NCBI GenBank assembly: GCA_049664045.1
Contig: JBATEO010000058.1
Location: 7,997 to 71,996, forward strand
Length of the DNA stretch: 64,000 bases
Direction of reading: 5' to 3'
Origin: Prochlorococcaceae cyanobacterium
GTDB taxonomy: Bacteria; Cyanobacteriota; Cyanobacteriia; PCC-6307; Cyanobiaceae
Made by a program: the position numbers and the translations under genes
Notes under the pieces: generated by a model
The model's input: the letters and a program-made list of their open reading frames with translations, nothing else
Databases searched by the model: none
Told to the model about the DNA's origin: nothing
In this document: positions 28,914 to 38,824 of the stretch, piece by piece
Layout of the letters: the number at the start of each line of letters is the position of its first letter
Position numbering within the stretch: the stretch's first letter is position 1

Positions 28914-29947
28914 GAGGGATCCGCGCAGCGCTGCTCAGGCTGCTGAAGTGCCGGACAGTCCGGCAGATTCAAGCCGTTGATGGCGTCGATCAGCTGATAC
29001 AGCCTGCCCACGCGCCGCATGTCGAAGCGGAAGCGCAGGCAGGGACGCAGGTAGCCGTCGTCATCGCAGGTCTCGGCGGCGTGGATCACCCCCTGCTCCA
29101 CCAGGTCGTCGAAGTCGCGGTTGAGGCGCTCCAGATCCAGCGGCGGGATGGGGGCGTTGAGCTGCAGCTCCAGCCGGTCGGTGAGCAGTTCGGCGGCATG
29201 GAACACCCGATAGAAGCGGCAGATGCGGGCGATGGCCTCGCTGACGCTGTCCGTCTGGCACACCAGGCCCCGGTCTTCGGGTGAGATCAGCCCCCGCCGG
29301 GTCATCAGCCGCTGCACCTCCACCTGCCAGCTGCTCCAGAAGGGATCGCCGGGGGGAGAGAGCAGCACCACGGGCATCGGCGGGGTGCGGCCGGTCTGGA
29401 TCAGGGTGAGGGCTTCGAACAGCTCATCGAGCGTGCCGAAGCCGCCGGGCAGCACCACCACCGCGTCGCTCTCCCGCAGGAAGAACAGCTTGCGGGTGAA
29501 GAAGTAGCGGAAGTGCAGCAGCCGGGCCTCGCAACTGCTCACGATCGGATTGGGATGCTGCTCGAAGGGCAGATCCACGTTCAGGCCGATGCTGGCCTGG
29601 CAGCCGGCGCCGCGGTTGGCGGCCTCCATGATGCCGCCGCCGGCCCCGGTGATCACCTCGAAGCCTGCCTCCACCGCTCCCCGGGCCAGCTCCTCGGCTT
29701 GGAGGGAGGAGGGGTCGTCGCTGGTGGTGCGGGCGGAGCCGAACACCGTGATCTTGCGCACCTTGCGGTGGGGCCGGAACACCTCCAGGGCTTCGCTGAT
29801 GTCGGCGAGCGTGCCGCTGACGATGCGCCAGGCATCCGGTTCCTTCTCATGACGGCAGATGTCCAGCAGCGATACCAGCGCCCGGTCGATCGTGCGCCGC
29901 TGGGGATGGCCGTCGATCGCTGCGGCCAGCGCCTCGAGGGGGCTCAC
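28910..29947 (-). CDS. LOG-family (TIGR00730) nucleotide 5'-monophosphate nucleosidase-like protein with N- and C-terminal extensions
   Basis: 345 aa, GTG start, with ITVFGSART, TGAGGGIMEAANRGA and PGGFGTLDELFEALTLIQTG. About 130 residues follow the LOG core. Confidence 0.8.
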   Translation of the reverse strand: MSPLEALAAAIDGHPQRRTIDRALVSLLDICRHEKEPDAWRIVSGTLADISEALEVFRPHRKVRKITVFGSARTTSDDPSSLQAEELARGAVEAGFEVITGAGGGIMEAANRGAGCQASIGLNVDLPFEQHPNPIVSSCEARLLHFRYFFTRKLFFLRESDAVVVLPGGFGTLDELFEALTLIQTGRTPPMPVVLLSPPGDPFWSSWQVEVQRLMTRRGLISPEDRGLVCQTDSVSEAIARICRFYRVFHAAELLTDRLELQLNAPIPPLDLERLNRDFDDLVEQGVIHAAETCDDDGYLRPCLRFRFDMRRVGRLYQLIDAINGLNLPDCPALQQPEQRCADPS

Positions 29948-29948
29948 A

Positions 29949-29979
29949 CCACCGTCGCGCTGAGCGGGGTAGACGGTGG
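29949..29979 (-). promoter_or_regulatory. hairpin (8-bp stem, 15-nt loop) between the trxA stop and the LOG-gene GTG
   Basis: ccaccgtc (29949-56) pairs with gacggtgg (29972-79). On the minus-strand RNA the 3' arm ends 1 nt before the GTG at 29947. No U-run follows. Confidence 0.35.
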
Positions 29980-30000
29980 AACGAGGGGACGGTGATGCTG

Positions 30001-30324
30001 TCAGAGGTACTTGCTGATCGTGCCGGAGAGGGTGGTCTTGGGCACCGCGCCGACGACCGTGTCCACTTTCTGGCCGCCCTTGAACACCATCAGGGTGGGG
30101 ATGCTGCGGATGCCGTACTGGCTGGCCACGTTGGGATTTTCATCGGTGTTCAGCTTGAACACCTTGATCTGACCCTCGAACTCCTTGGCGATCTCGTCGA
30201 CGATCGGCGCAACCATGCGGCATGGGCCGCACCAGGGAGCCCAGAAATCGACCAGCACAGGCACATCACTCTTGAGCACGTCCTGCTCGAAGGAGGCGTC
30301 GGTGACAGCGGCAGCGCTGGACAT
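30001..30324 (-). CDS. trxA: thioredoxin
   Basis: 107 aa with [23 protein letters not shown] and the canonical WCGPC. Confidence 0.97.
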   Translation of the reverse strand: MSSAAAVTDASFEQDVLKSDVPVLVDFWAPWCGPCRMVAPIVDEIAKEFEGQIKVFKLNTDENPNVASQYGIRSIPTLMVFKGGQKVDTVVGAVPKTTLSGTISKYL

Positions 30325-30465
30325 CCTTTGTGGGATCGGGACTTCAGGAATGTAGCAAGGTGTTCCGCCGGTTCCAGCGCTGCCCTCACCAAGCGTTGCA
30401 GCGGGTTGCTGGATGGAGTGGAACTCCCGAGGCGATGGCCGCCGCGAGAGCGAGGAAAGAGGAAA

Positions 30466-30484
30466 GGCCCGGACGAGCCGGGCT
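30466..30484 (-). terminator. probable intrinsic terminator downstream of the guaB-like gene
   Basis: gcccgg-acgag-ccgggc (6-bp G+C stem plus a G-U pair). On the minus strand it is followed by tttcctctttcc. It lies about 95 nt after the stop at 30578. Confidence 0.4.
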
Positions 30485-30577
30485 GGAGGGTGTGAGGAGT
30501 GTGTGAGCGATTAAGCCCCCACACTCTCAAGATAGACCTCAGGTCAGGGTTCCAACCTCGGTACAGGGGGCTGGGGG

Positions 30578-31741
30578 CTACTTGCCCATGCCCAGCTGCT
30601 GAGCCTTCTGATACACCTTGCCCTCCGTGAGCAGCGACGGGGCCACCACCACTTCCACCTGCTGCATCTCCCGGAGGGTGCGGGCGCCGAGAGTGCCCAT
30701 GGATGTGCGGATGCAGCCCAGAAGGTTCTGGGTGCCGTCGTCGAGGGAGGCGGGGCCGCGCAGGATCTTCTCCAGGCTGCCGGTGGTGCCCACCTTGATG
30801 CGGGTGCCGCGGGGCAGCACTGGGCTGGGGGTGGCCATGCCCCAGTGGAAACCGCGGCCGGGGGCCTCGGCGGCGCGGGCGATCGGCGAGCCGATCATCA
30901 CTGCATCGGCCCCGCAGGCCAGGCACTTGCAGATGTCGCCGCCGGTGACGATGCCGCCGTCGGCGATCACCGGCACGCGGCGGCCGCTCTCGTTCTCATG
31001 GTCGTCGCGGGCGGCGGCGCAATCGGCCACGGCGGTGGCCTGGGGGATGCCGATGCCCAGCACGCCGCGGCTGGTGCAGGCGGCGCCGGGACCGATGCCC
31101 ACCAGCACGCCTGCGGCACCGGCGCGCATCAGTTTCAGGGCCACCTCATAGGTGACGCAGTTGCCGATCACAACGGGTACCCCGAAGTCGCGGCAGAGGG
31201 ACTCCAGATCCAGGCTTGCCTGGCCCTCAGGGCCGACGTGCTCGGTGCTCACCACGGTGGCCTGCACGAAGAAGAGGTCGGCGCCGGCCTCGGCGATCGC
31301 CTGGCCGAACTTCAGAGCCGCCACCGGAGTGGCGCTCACCGCCGCGATGCCTCCCCTCTCCTTGATCTCGGCGATGCGCCGGCGGATCAGGTCCTCGCGT
31401 ACAGGCTGGCTGTAGAGCTCCTGCATCAGGGGCACGAACTCCTCCTTGCCCACCGCGGCGATGCGGTCGAGCACGGGGTTGGGGTCGTCGTAGCGGCACT
31501 GGACTCCCTCCAGGTTGAGCACCCCCAGGGCGCCCTGCCTGGTGAGCTCCACCGCCATGGCCACATCCACAACGCCGTCCATGGCGCTGGCGATGATGGG
31601 GATCTCGCGGCTGATGCCGCCCAGGGTCCAGCCGCTTTCGGTCACCGCCGGATCCACCGTGCGGCCGCCAGGCACCAGGGCGATCTCGTCGATGCCATAG
31701 GCGCGACGGACGGTGCGGGAACGGCCGAGCTGGATGTCCAC
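30578..31741 (-). CDS. guaB: IMP dehydrogenase family protein (short form without a CBS pair)
   Basis: From ORF 30578..31765, whose start codon is GTG; a second in-frame GTG lies at 31741 (VDIQLGRSRTVRRAYGIDEIALVPG). I chose 31741 because I remember homologues starting MDIQLGR. The active-site loop is VGIGPGAACTSR. Confidence 0.85.
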   Translation of the reverse strand: MDIQLGRSRTVRRAYGIDEIALVPGGRTVDPAVTESGWTLGGISREIPIIASAMDGVVDVAMAVELTRQGALGVLNLEGVQCRYDDPNPVLDRIAAVGKEEFVPLMQELYSQPVREDLIRRRIAEIKERGGIAAVSATPVAALKFGQAIAEAGADLFFVQATVVSTEHVGPEGQASLDLESLCRDFGVPVVIGNCVTYEVALKLMRAGAAGVLVGIGPGAACTSRGVLGIGIPQATAVADCAAARDDHENESGRRVPVIADGGIVTGGDICKCLACGADAVMIGSPIARAAEAPGRGFHWGMATPSPVLPRGTRIKVGTTGSLEKILRGPASLDDGTQNLLGCIRTSMGTLGARTLREMQQVEVVVAPSLLTEGKVYQKAQQLGMGK

Positions 31742-31822
31742 CGGAACTGAGCGTATTCGGGCCACCGTATCAACCGATGCGGCGTGAACCGATGCGACGT
31801 TTTGGCGGCCGCGGCTCCTGTC

Positions 31823-32434
31823 TCAGTCGCGACCGCTGAAGCTCTGCCAGCGGTGCTGCAGCCCCTGAAGCAGCTGCTCCCGTTCGCTGCGGCGGATCAT
31901 CCGGGGCAGGCCGTTGCGCAGCAGCCAGATCACGCCCACCAGTTCCAGCAGGCCGGGCACCAGCGGCAGGCTGTTGATCGCCGCCAGCAGCCCGGCGTAA
32001 AGCCGCAGAACCAGCAGCAGGGCCACCAGGCCGAGTCCGAAGGTGAGGGGCGTCCTGGCCTGCTGCCAGACGCTCTGCAACCGGCCGCTCGCCCACCACT
32101 CCTGTAGCTTCTGCACCAGCAGGTCCCATTCGCCGCCTTCACCCCCTTCGACGGGCCCGGCCGCGCTGCTGCCGCTCAGGGGAGGCACGGTGGTGCTGGC
32201 CTCCAGAACCGGGGCGGCTTCGGCGGCAGGGCTTGAGCTGCCGGCAGCGGCGGGAGCTTCAGGGGCTGTGGGAGGAGTGGCGGCAGCCGGCGTCTCGGCG
32301 GCTGCCGTGCTGATGTTGTCGCTGTCCGGGGGGACTGTGTCGCAAGGCCCGCTCTCGGAGGGCACGCTTTCTGCAGGCCTGCTGTCGTCAGGCCCGCTGT
32401 TGGACTCGATCTCGTCGCGCTGGGTGTCGGCCAT
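31823..32434 (-). CDS. CAAD-domain (CURT1-like) thylakoid membrane protein
   Basis: 203 aa. An acidic Ser/Pro/Ala-rich N-terminal half is followed by two TM helices and LPLVPGLLELVGVIWLLRNG, which is typical of the CAAD domain as I recall it. Confidence 0.7.
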   Translation of the reverse strand: MADTQRDEIESNSGPDDSRPAESVPSESGPCDTVPPDSDNISTAAAETPAAATPPTAPEAPAAAGSSSPAAEAAPVLEASTTVPPLSGSSAAGPVEGGEGGEWDLLVQKLQEWWASGRLQSVWQQARTPLTFGLGLVALLLVLRLYAGLLAAINSLPLVPGLLELVGVIWLLRNGLPRMIRRSEREQLLQGLQHRWQSFSGRD

Positions 32435-32521
32435 GGTGGGTGATGGGCGAGGGACGGACGGCGCCGGCGGCGAACGGCGTTTGGCCAGGAGCTTAAGGGT
32501 GGTCGCCGGCGCACTTCCTCC

Positions 32522-33697
32522 TCAGCAGTCCAGCGGCAGCAGGGTGGGCTGGCTCGTCAGCGGTTGCACCGGCAGCCGGATCGGGAAGTGGTTTCGCTTC
32601 AGCCGATGCACCATCTCGGTGGCGATCTCGGCCGCCAGACGCGGGCTGTGGGCCGGCGCACAGCGCAGGTGCCGGCCGTTCACCTCGATGCTGCCGCTGG
32701 CGAGCTGGGCGTACGTCACGGAGCCGAGGGCTGGCTTGATCCTTCTCGGGATGGCCACATCCAGCACCGGCGTCTCCAGCTGCTCGGGCCCGGCGGCCGC
32801 GGCCCGGGCCGTGGCCGGATCCAGCAGCGGCACGGGCGCGGCGATCGCCACCAGCAGCGCACTGCCATGGCCGGGGAAGAAGCACGGGCGCAGCCAGCGG
32901 CTGTCGAGGCTTTGCAGATCCACGCTCAGCGACACCGTGGCCCCTGGTGTGAGGGCATGGCCACCGGGCTGTCTTCCGGGGCCGGGCTGGTGGCCACTGC
33001 CGGCTCCCAGCACCCAGCCCACGGCGCCGGCCACCAGCACCGGGGAGCCCGGCCCCAGCAGCGACAGGCCCGGCATGGTGAGGCCGATGCTGCCGGCGCC
33101 GCCGCAGCTCCACAGGGCAGTGCCGTAGGGCCCCAGCAGCGGCCCCCACGGGCTGGCGCAGAGTCCGGTGGCGCTGCTCACCGCCACCACGCCGTTCTCG
33201 CAGATGGCCCGGTGCAGGAGAAGCCGGCCGGAGCCGATCCGCTCCAGGTCGAGTTCGGTGTGCAGGTCGCGGCGGGGATGCAGCGTCGTTGCCTCTCCGC
33301 TGGCATCGAAGGTCAGCGCCCCACCGGCCAGCAGGGCGCCGAGCAGCTGGGCACCGCTGTGGGGCGCCTGCTCCCCCAGCCCGCCGCCCACCGGCAGCAC
33401 CAGTTCGCCGGCCCCTCCGCTGGCCAGCCCCTGCACGCCATCGAGCTGGGCCTCGCGCAGTCGGATCGGCGGATCGGTGGGGCCGAGGGAGAGGTGCAGG
33501 CTGGCCTGATCGGTGAAGCCGGCGTCGGCGGCCACCACGACATCGGTGGCGGTGTAGGCCGCATTCAGGCCGCGCTCCCGCACCAGCCGGCGGAAGTCGG
33601 CGGCCGTGCGCACCCGCAGTTCGCCCCGCTGCTGGCGCAGGCGCAGATGGGTTTCGCTGCGCTCGATAGAATCACCCAAGTGCAGGCGGTCATGCAT
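32522..33697 (-). CDS. DUF39/COG1900-family protein (annotated elsewhere as homocysteine biosynthesis protein)
   Basis: From ORF 32522..33778; the ATG at 33697 gives MHDRLHLG... The segments [51 protein letters not shown] and [11 protein letters not shown]...[22 protein letters not shown] align by eye with my memory of the methanogen MJ0100 N-domain. The start could also be at 33760 or 33778. Confidence 0.65.
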   Translation of the reverse strand: MHDRLHLGDSIERSETHLRLRQQRGELRVRTAADFRRLVRERGLNAAYTATDVVVAADAGFTDQASLHLSLGPTDPPIRLREAQLDGVQGLASGGAGELVLPVGGGLGEQAPHSGAQLLGALLAGGALTFDASGEATTLHPRRDLHTELDLERIGSGRLLLHRAICENGVVAVSSATGLCASPWGPLLGPYGTALWSCGGAGSIGLTMPGLSLLGPGSPVLVAGAVGWVLGAGSGHQPGPGRQPGGHALTPGATVSLSVDLQSLDSRWLRPCFFPGHGSALLVAIAAPVPLLDPATARAAAAGPEQLETPVLDVAIPRRIKPALGSVTYAQLASGSIEVNGRHLRCAPAHSPRLAAEIATEMVHRLKRNHFPIRLPVQPLTSQPTLLPLDC

Positions 33698-36401
33698 GGC
33701 GGATCCCACGGGACCGATCAATCCGGGTGATTCCGGTTCGGACGGGGATTCACGGGTCATCCAGACCGACCTCCGCAACGAGATGTCGCGCTCCTATCTG
33801 GAGTATGCGATGAGCGTGATCGTGGGCCGGGCCCTGCCCGACGCCCGCGATGGCCTCAAGCCCGTGCATCGCCGCATCCTCTACGCGATGTATGAGCTGG
33901 GTCTCACCAGCGACCGGCCCTACCGCAAGTGCGCCCGCGTGGTGGGTGAGGTGCTCGGCAAATACCACCCCCACGGCGACACGGCCGTCTACGACGCACT
34001 GGTGCGGATGGCGCAGGACTTCTCCCTGCGCATGCCCCTGATCGATGGCCACGGCAACTTCGGCTCGGTGGACAACGATCCGCCGGCCGCCATGCGTTAC
34101 ACCGAATCGCGGTTGCAGGCCCTCACCACCGATGCCCTGCTGGAGGACATCGAGAGCGAAACGGTTGATTTCGCCGACAACTTCGACGGCAGCCAGCAGG
34201 AGCCCACGGTGCTGCCGGCGCGCATTCCCCAGCTGCTTCTCAACGGCTCCTCCGGCATCGCCGTGGGGATGGCCACCAACATCCCCCCCCACAACCTCGG
34301 CGAGCTGATCGACGGCCTCCAGGCCCTGATCGCCAACCCCGAGATCACCGACCGGGAGCTGCAGGCCCTGATCACCGGTCCCGACTTCCCCACCGGCGGG
34401 CAGATTCTCGGCCGCCGCGGCATCCGTGAGATCTACGCCACCGGGCGTGGCTCGGTGACCATGCGCGGGGTGGCCGGCGTCGAGACGATCGAGGCCAAGG
34501 GGCGGCCGGACCGCGATGCGGTGATCATCACCGAGCTGCCGTATCAGACCAACAAGGCCGCGATGATCGAGCGCATCGCCGAGCTGGTGAACGACAAGAA
34601 GCTCGAGGGCATCAGCGACATCCGCGATGAATCTGATCGCGACGGCATGCGCGTGGTGATCGAACTGCGGCGCGACGCCTATCCGCAGGTGGTGCTGAAC
34701 AACCTGTTCAAGCTCACTCCGCTGCAGAGCAACTTCAACGCCTACATGCTGGCGCTGGTGGGCAGTGAACCGGTGCTGCTCAACCTGCGGCGCATGCTGG
34801 AGGTGTTTCTCGATTACCGCATCGAGACGATCGAGCGGCGCACCCGTTTCCTGCTGCGCAAGGCCGAGGAGCGCGATCACATCCTGCTGGGACTGTTGAT
34901 CGCCCTCGACAATCTCGACGCGATCATCGCCCTGATCCGCGCCGCCGCCGACACGGCCACGGCCCGCAGCGGCCTGATCGAGCAGTTCGGCCTCAGCGAG
35001 ATCCAGGCCGACGCCATCCTGCAGATGCAGCTGCGGCGGCTCACGGCCCTGGAGGCCGACAAGATCAGGCTCGAGCACGAGGATCTGCTCGCCAAGATCA
35101 CCGATTACAAGGACATCCTGGCGCGCCGCGAGCGGGTGCTGGAGATCATCCAGAGCGAGCTGGCGACGATCCGCAGCCGCTACGACTCTCCCCGGCGCAC
35201 TGAGATCCTCGATGTGGAGGGCGGCCTCGATGACATCGACCTGATCGCCAACGAGCGCTCGGTGGTGCTGCTCACCGAGACCGGTTACCTCAAGCGCATG
35301 CCGGTGAGCGAGTTCGAGGCCACCAGCCGCGGCACCCGCGGCAAGGCCGGCACCCGCAGCCAGGGGGAGGAGGCCGTAAAGCTGTTCATCAGCTGCAACG
35401 ACCACGACAACCTGCTGCTGTTCAGCGATCGCGGCGTGGTGTACACCGTGCCGGCCTACCGGGTGCCCGTGGGCAGCCGCGCCGCCAAGGGTACGCCGAT
35501 CGTGCAGCTGCTGCCGATCCCCCGCGAGGAGCAGATCACCTCGCTGCTGGCGGTGAGCGAGTTCACCGACGACGGCGTGCTGGTGATGCTGACCAGCGGC
35601 GGCACCATCAAGCGCACCCGTCTCTCGGCGTTCGCCAACATCCGCTCGAATGGTCTGATCGCCATCGATCTGGTGGAGGGCGACGCCCTCACCTGGGTGC
35701 GGATGGCGCTCCCCGGCGACAGCATCCTGATCGGCTCGCGCCAGGGCATGACCATCCACTTCCGTCTGAATGACGAGGAACTGCGGCCCCTGGGGCGCAC
35801 CGCACGGGGGGTAAGGGCGATGAGCCTGCGCGATGGCGACCGGCTGGTGAGCATGGACGTGCTGCCGGCCGAGCTGGCCGATCGGGTCGCCAGCAGCAGT
35901 GCCGGTGCAGGCGATGAGGAGAGCGAGGAGGCCGGCATCGAAGACACCACGCCAAGCGAGGGCCCCTGGGTGCTCGTGGCCACCGCGAGTGGTCTGGGTA
36001 AACGGGTGCCGGTGGATCAGTTCCGCCTGCAGAAGCGGGCCGGGATGGGGCTGCGGGCGATCAAGTTCCGCCAGAAGGACGATGTGCTGGTGGGGTTGAA
36101 GGTGCTGGGGGCCGGTGAGGAACTGCTGCTGGTGAGCGAGCGCGGCGTGATCGTGCGCACCCAGGCCGATGCCGTGCCGCAGCAGTCGCGGGCGGCTACC
36201 GGTGTGCGCCTCCAGAAGCTCGATGCCCGCGACCGGCTGGCCGAGGTGGTGCTGGTGCCGCCGGCCCCTGAGGAGGAGGACGCCGAAGCCGAAGCCGATG
36301 CCGAAACCGTCATCCAGGCCGCCACTCAAGGGGCTGCCGGCGATGCCCCGGGTGAGCTTCAGGCCGAAGCCCAGCCCGACGCCGAACCGGATGCCGGCTG
36401 A
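33696..36401 (+). CDS. gyrA: DNA gyrase subunit A
   Basis: The ATG at 33696 within ORF 33606..36401 gives MADPTGPIN...[41 protein letters not shown]. Also the catalytic Tyr context [10 protein letters not shown], beta-pinwheel repeats and an acidic tail. Confidence 0.97.
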   Translation: MADPTGPINPGDSGSDGDSRVIQTDLRNEMSRSYLEYAMSVIVGRALPDARDGLKPVHRRILYAMYELGLTSDRPYRKCARVVGEVLGKYHPHGDTAVYDALVRMAQDFSLRMPLIDGHGNFGSVDNDPPAAMRYTESRLQALTTDALLEDIESETVDFADNFDGSQQEPTVLPARIPQLLLNGSSGIAVGMATNIPPHNLGELIDGLQALIANPEITDRELQALITGPDFPTGGQILGRRGIREIYATGRGSVTMRGVAGVETIEAKGRPDRDAVIITELPYQTNKAAMIERIAELVNDKKLEGISDIRDESDRDGMRVVIELRRDAYPQVVLNNLFKLTPLQSNFNAYMLALVGSEPVLLNLRRMLEVFLDYRIETIERRTRFLLRKAEERDHILLGLLIALDNLDAIIALIRAAADTATARSGLIEQFGLSEIQADAILQMQLRRLTALEADKIRLEHEDLLAKITDYKDILARRERVLEIIQSELATIRSRYDSPRRTEILDVEGGLDDIDLIANERSVVLLTETGYLKRMPVSEFEATSRGTRGKAGTRSQGEEAVKLFISCNDHDNLLLFSDRGVVYTVPAYRVPVGSRAAKGTPIVQLLPIPREEQITSLLAVSEFTDDGVLVMLTSGGTIKRTRLSAFANIRSNGLIAIDLVEGDALTWVRMALPGDSILIGSRQGMTIHFRLNDEELRPLGRTARGVRAMSLRDGDRLVSMDVLPAELADRVASSSAGAGDEESEEAGIEDTTPSEGPWVLVATASGLGKRVPVDQFRLQKRAGMGLRAIKFRQKDDVLVGLKVLGAGEELLLVSERGVIVRTQADAVPQQSRAATGVRLQKLDARDRLAEVVLVPPAPEEEDAEAEADAETVIQAATQGAAGDAPGELQAEAQPDAEPDAG

Positions 36402-37515
36402 TCTGTGGATCGCCAACACCGTGAGCGACCTGATCCAGGGGGATGTGCGTGAGCATCTGCCCCTGGAGCGGATTCCACTGCAGGGGGACGTGCTGGGGCT
36501 GGGCACCACCACCAGCCTCGACAACGGTGAGCTCACCTTTCTGCACCGGGAGGACGCCGACACCACGATCTGGAAAAGTGAGGCCAGCAGCGGTGGCATC
36601 CGGATCCTCCGCCCCGGGGATGGCAGCGGCCATTTCCCCTATGTGTGCTTCAGCGGCGACGCCACCGCGGTGCGCACGCCGGTGGATCTCGCGGCCCTCG
36701 GGGACACCAAGGGCAGGTCCCTGCAGGAGCTGGTGGGTGAAGCGATCGGCCTCCTGCACCGGGATGGCGCCTTGCCGCAGGCGCCGATCTACGGCCTGCG
36801 GCTGCTCAGCCGCTGGCAGGGGCTGGTGATCACCGTGGCCTCCAAGCTCTGCATGGGTCAGCAGCGCCGCAACACCGCCATTGCCAGCAGCGCGGCCAGC
36901 GACGCCACGGCGGGGCAGAGCATCTATCAGCTGCTGCAGCACTACCGCCTGGCGTCCCACGACCCCGGCGACCCAGCCGATCCGATCCGCTACCTGGGGC
37001 GTTCACTGCAGTGGGAGTGCTGCGGCTTCTACGACACCCAACCGCAGACGGGCCGGGTCACGGTGCCCCAGCCGGATGCCCATCTGCACCTCCATGGCTG
37101 CAGCACCGACCTGCGCCACGGTGGCCATCTGCACCACGAGCACCCCGAGTCCCGGCTGGCGCAGCTGGAGTGGCTGGTGCTCTATCCCCTGCAGCGGATC
37201 CACAGCCTGGCCAGCGACCTGGGGGTGGATGGGTTGCACTATCACGACGGTGCCGTCCAGTTCCGGGTGACCAACCATGGCGGCCTGGATGTCAGTGACG
37301 TGGGCGTGGCGGTGGTCCTCGACGACCGCTACAGCAGCCACCGCTACCTGCGTCTGCCCTGGCTGGCGGCCGGAGAGGCGGAGGCGTTCAGGGTGCCGCT
37401 GGCGCTGGGGCCGGGGCGGCACCGCCTGGAGGTGATCGCCGATCCCCAGCTGGAGATCCTGGAACGTCCGGAGCTGCAGGCCAACAACCGCGAGCTGCTG
37501 GAGGTGGAGGTTTGA
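36391..37515 (+). CDS. alpha-acetolactate decarboxylase-like protein with a C-terminal CARDB-like beta-sandwich
   Basis: The ATG at 36391 lies within ORF 36169..37515 and overlaps the gyrA end by 11 nt. [47 protein letters not shown] parallels the AlsD N-terminus (…STINALMLGQFEGDLTLKDLKLRGDMGLGTINDLDGEMIQ…, from memory). [19 protein letters not shown] parallels the Zn-binding GFHLHF…GGHV. The last ~100 aa ([24 protein letters not shown]…[10 protein letters not shown]) look CARDB-like. Confidence 0.6.
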   Translation: MPADLWIANTVSDLIQGDVREHLPLERIPLQGDVLGLGTTTSLDNGELTFLHREDADTTIWKSEASSGGIRILRPGDGSGHFPYVCFSGDATAVRTPVDLAALGDTKGRSLQELVGEAIGLLHRDGALPQAPIYGLRLLSRWQGLVITVASKLCMGQQRRNTAIASSAASDATAGQSIYQLLQHYRLASHDPGDPADPIRYLGRSLQWECCGFYDTQPQTGRVTVPQPDAHLHLHGCSTDLRHGGHLHHEHPESRLAQLEWLVLYPLQRIHSLASDLGVDGLHYHDGAVQFRVTNHGGLDVSDVGVAVVLDDRYSSHRYLRLPWLAAGEAEAFRVPLALGPGRHRLEVIADPQLEILERPELQANNRELLEVEV

Positions 37516-38807
37516 GCGCTGCGGCGATCCGGGATGCGCTGGTGCTCGGGGGCGGTCCGGCGGCCCTGTGCATCGCGGCGGCGCTGGCCGGCGAAGGTCT
37601 CTCCGTGGCGCTGCTGGCTCCCCACGATCCCCGGGCTCCCTGGCCCAACACCTACGGCATCTGGGGGGAGGAGGTGGACGCCCTCGGCCTGGCCCATCTG
37701 CTGGAGCACCGCTGGAGCCACACCGTGAGCTATTTCGGCGCCGGTTCGAGCGATCCGGGCGACCCCGCCAACCGGCCCACCCCGCACCACCGCGACTACG
37801 GCCTGTTCGACCGCCAGGCCCTGCAGCAGCACTGGCTGAACGCCTGTGAGTGCGGCGGCGTGGAGCTGCTCGTGGGCAAGGCCGAGCGGTTCCAGCTGGA
37901 TGGGGATGGGCGCTGCAGCCTGCTCAGCGCTGTGGACGGAGCCTGCCACCGCGCCCGGCTGGTGGTGGATGCCACAGGCCATGAGCCGGTGTTCGTGCGT
38001 CGGCCGGATCAGGGGCCGGTGGCCGGTCAGGCGGCCTACGGGATTGTGGGCCGCTTCTCGGCGCCGCCCGTGGAGGCCGGTCAGTTCGTGCTGATGGACT
38101 ACCGCTGCGACCACCTCAGCCCCGAGGAGCTACTGCAGCCGCCCACCTTCCTCTACGCGATGGACCTGGGCGGAGGACGGTTCTTCGTGGAGGAGACCTC
38201 CCTGGCCCTGGCGCCGCCGGTGCCCTATTCCACCTTGCAGGAGCGCCTGCAGCGGCGCCTGGCCCACCGGGGGGTGCGGGTGGAGCAGGTGGAGCACGAG
38301 GAGTTCTGCCTGTTTCCGATGAACCTGCCGCTGCCGGATCTGCAGCAGCCGGTGCTGGGCTTCGGCGGGGCGGCCTCGATGGTGCACCCCGCCTCCGGCT
38401 ACATGGTGGGTTCGCTGCTACGGCGCGCCCCAGCCGTGGCCGAGGCGGTGGCCGGGCTGCTGCGGGCCCAGCCCCAGGCAGGCTCGGCCCGGCTGGCCCA
38501 GGCCGGCTGGCAGGCGCTCTGGCCCCTGGAGCTGCGCCGCAAGCACGCGCTCTATCAGTTCGGGCTGGAGAAGCTGATGCGCTTTTCCGAGCACCAGCTC
38601 CGGGCGCACTTCGTCACGTTCTTCTCCCTGCCCGACGCCCAGTGGTATGGCTTCCTGGCCAATACCGCCACGGTGCCGGAGCTGCTGGCGGCCATGCTGC
38701 GGCTGTTCAGTGAGGCCCCCTGGAGCGTGCGCCGCGGCCTGATGGAGATGCAGGGCCGCGAGCCCGCTCTGCTGGGCCGGCTGATCCGGCCCGGTGCCTC
38801 AGCCTGA
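37512..38807 (+). CDS. crtL: lycopene beta-cyclase (CrtL type)
   Basis: 431 aa. The TTG start overlaps the upstream stop (TTGA). The FAD fold is ALVLGGGPAALCIAAAL. Also NTYGIWGEE, FLYAMDLG and GGAASMVHPASGY. Confidence 0.85.
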   Translation: MSAAAIRDALVLGGGPAALCIAAALAGEGLSVALLAPHDPRAPWPNTYGIWGEEVDALGLAHLLEHRWSHTVSYFGAGSSDPGDPANRPTPHHRDYGLFDRQALQQHWLNACECGGVELLVGKAERFQLDGDGRCSLLSAVDGACHRARLVVDATGHEPVFVRRPDQGPVAGQAAYGIVGRFSAPPVEAGQFVLMDYRCDHLSPEELLQPPTFLYAMDLGGGRFFVEETSLALAPPVPYSTLQERLQRRLAHRGVRVEQVEHEEFCLFPMNLPLPDLQQPVLGFGGAASMVHPASGYMVGSLLRRAPAVAEAVAGLLRAQPQAGSARLAQAGWQALWPLELRRKHALYQFGLEKLMRFSEHQLRAHFVTFFSLPDAQWYGFLANTATVPELLAAMLRLFSEAPWSVRRGLMEMQGREPALLGRLIRPGASA

Positions 38808-38824
38808 GAGCGGGCACCGCTGGA

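Noticed and set aside
33750-36599. 949-aa ORF on the minus strand, the longest in the track
   Set aside because: It is entirely antisense to gyrA, which has unmistakable motifs. The product is low-complexity (G/A/H/Q/L/R-rich) with no recognisable domain. It is a typical shadow ORF of a ~70% G+C genome.
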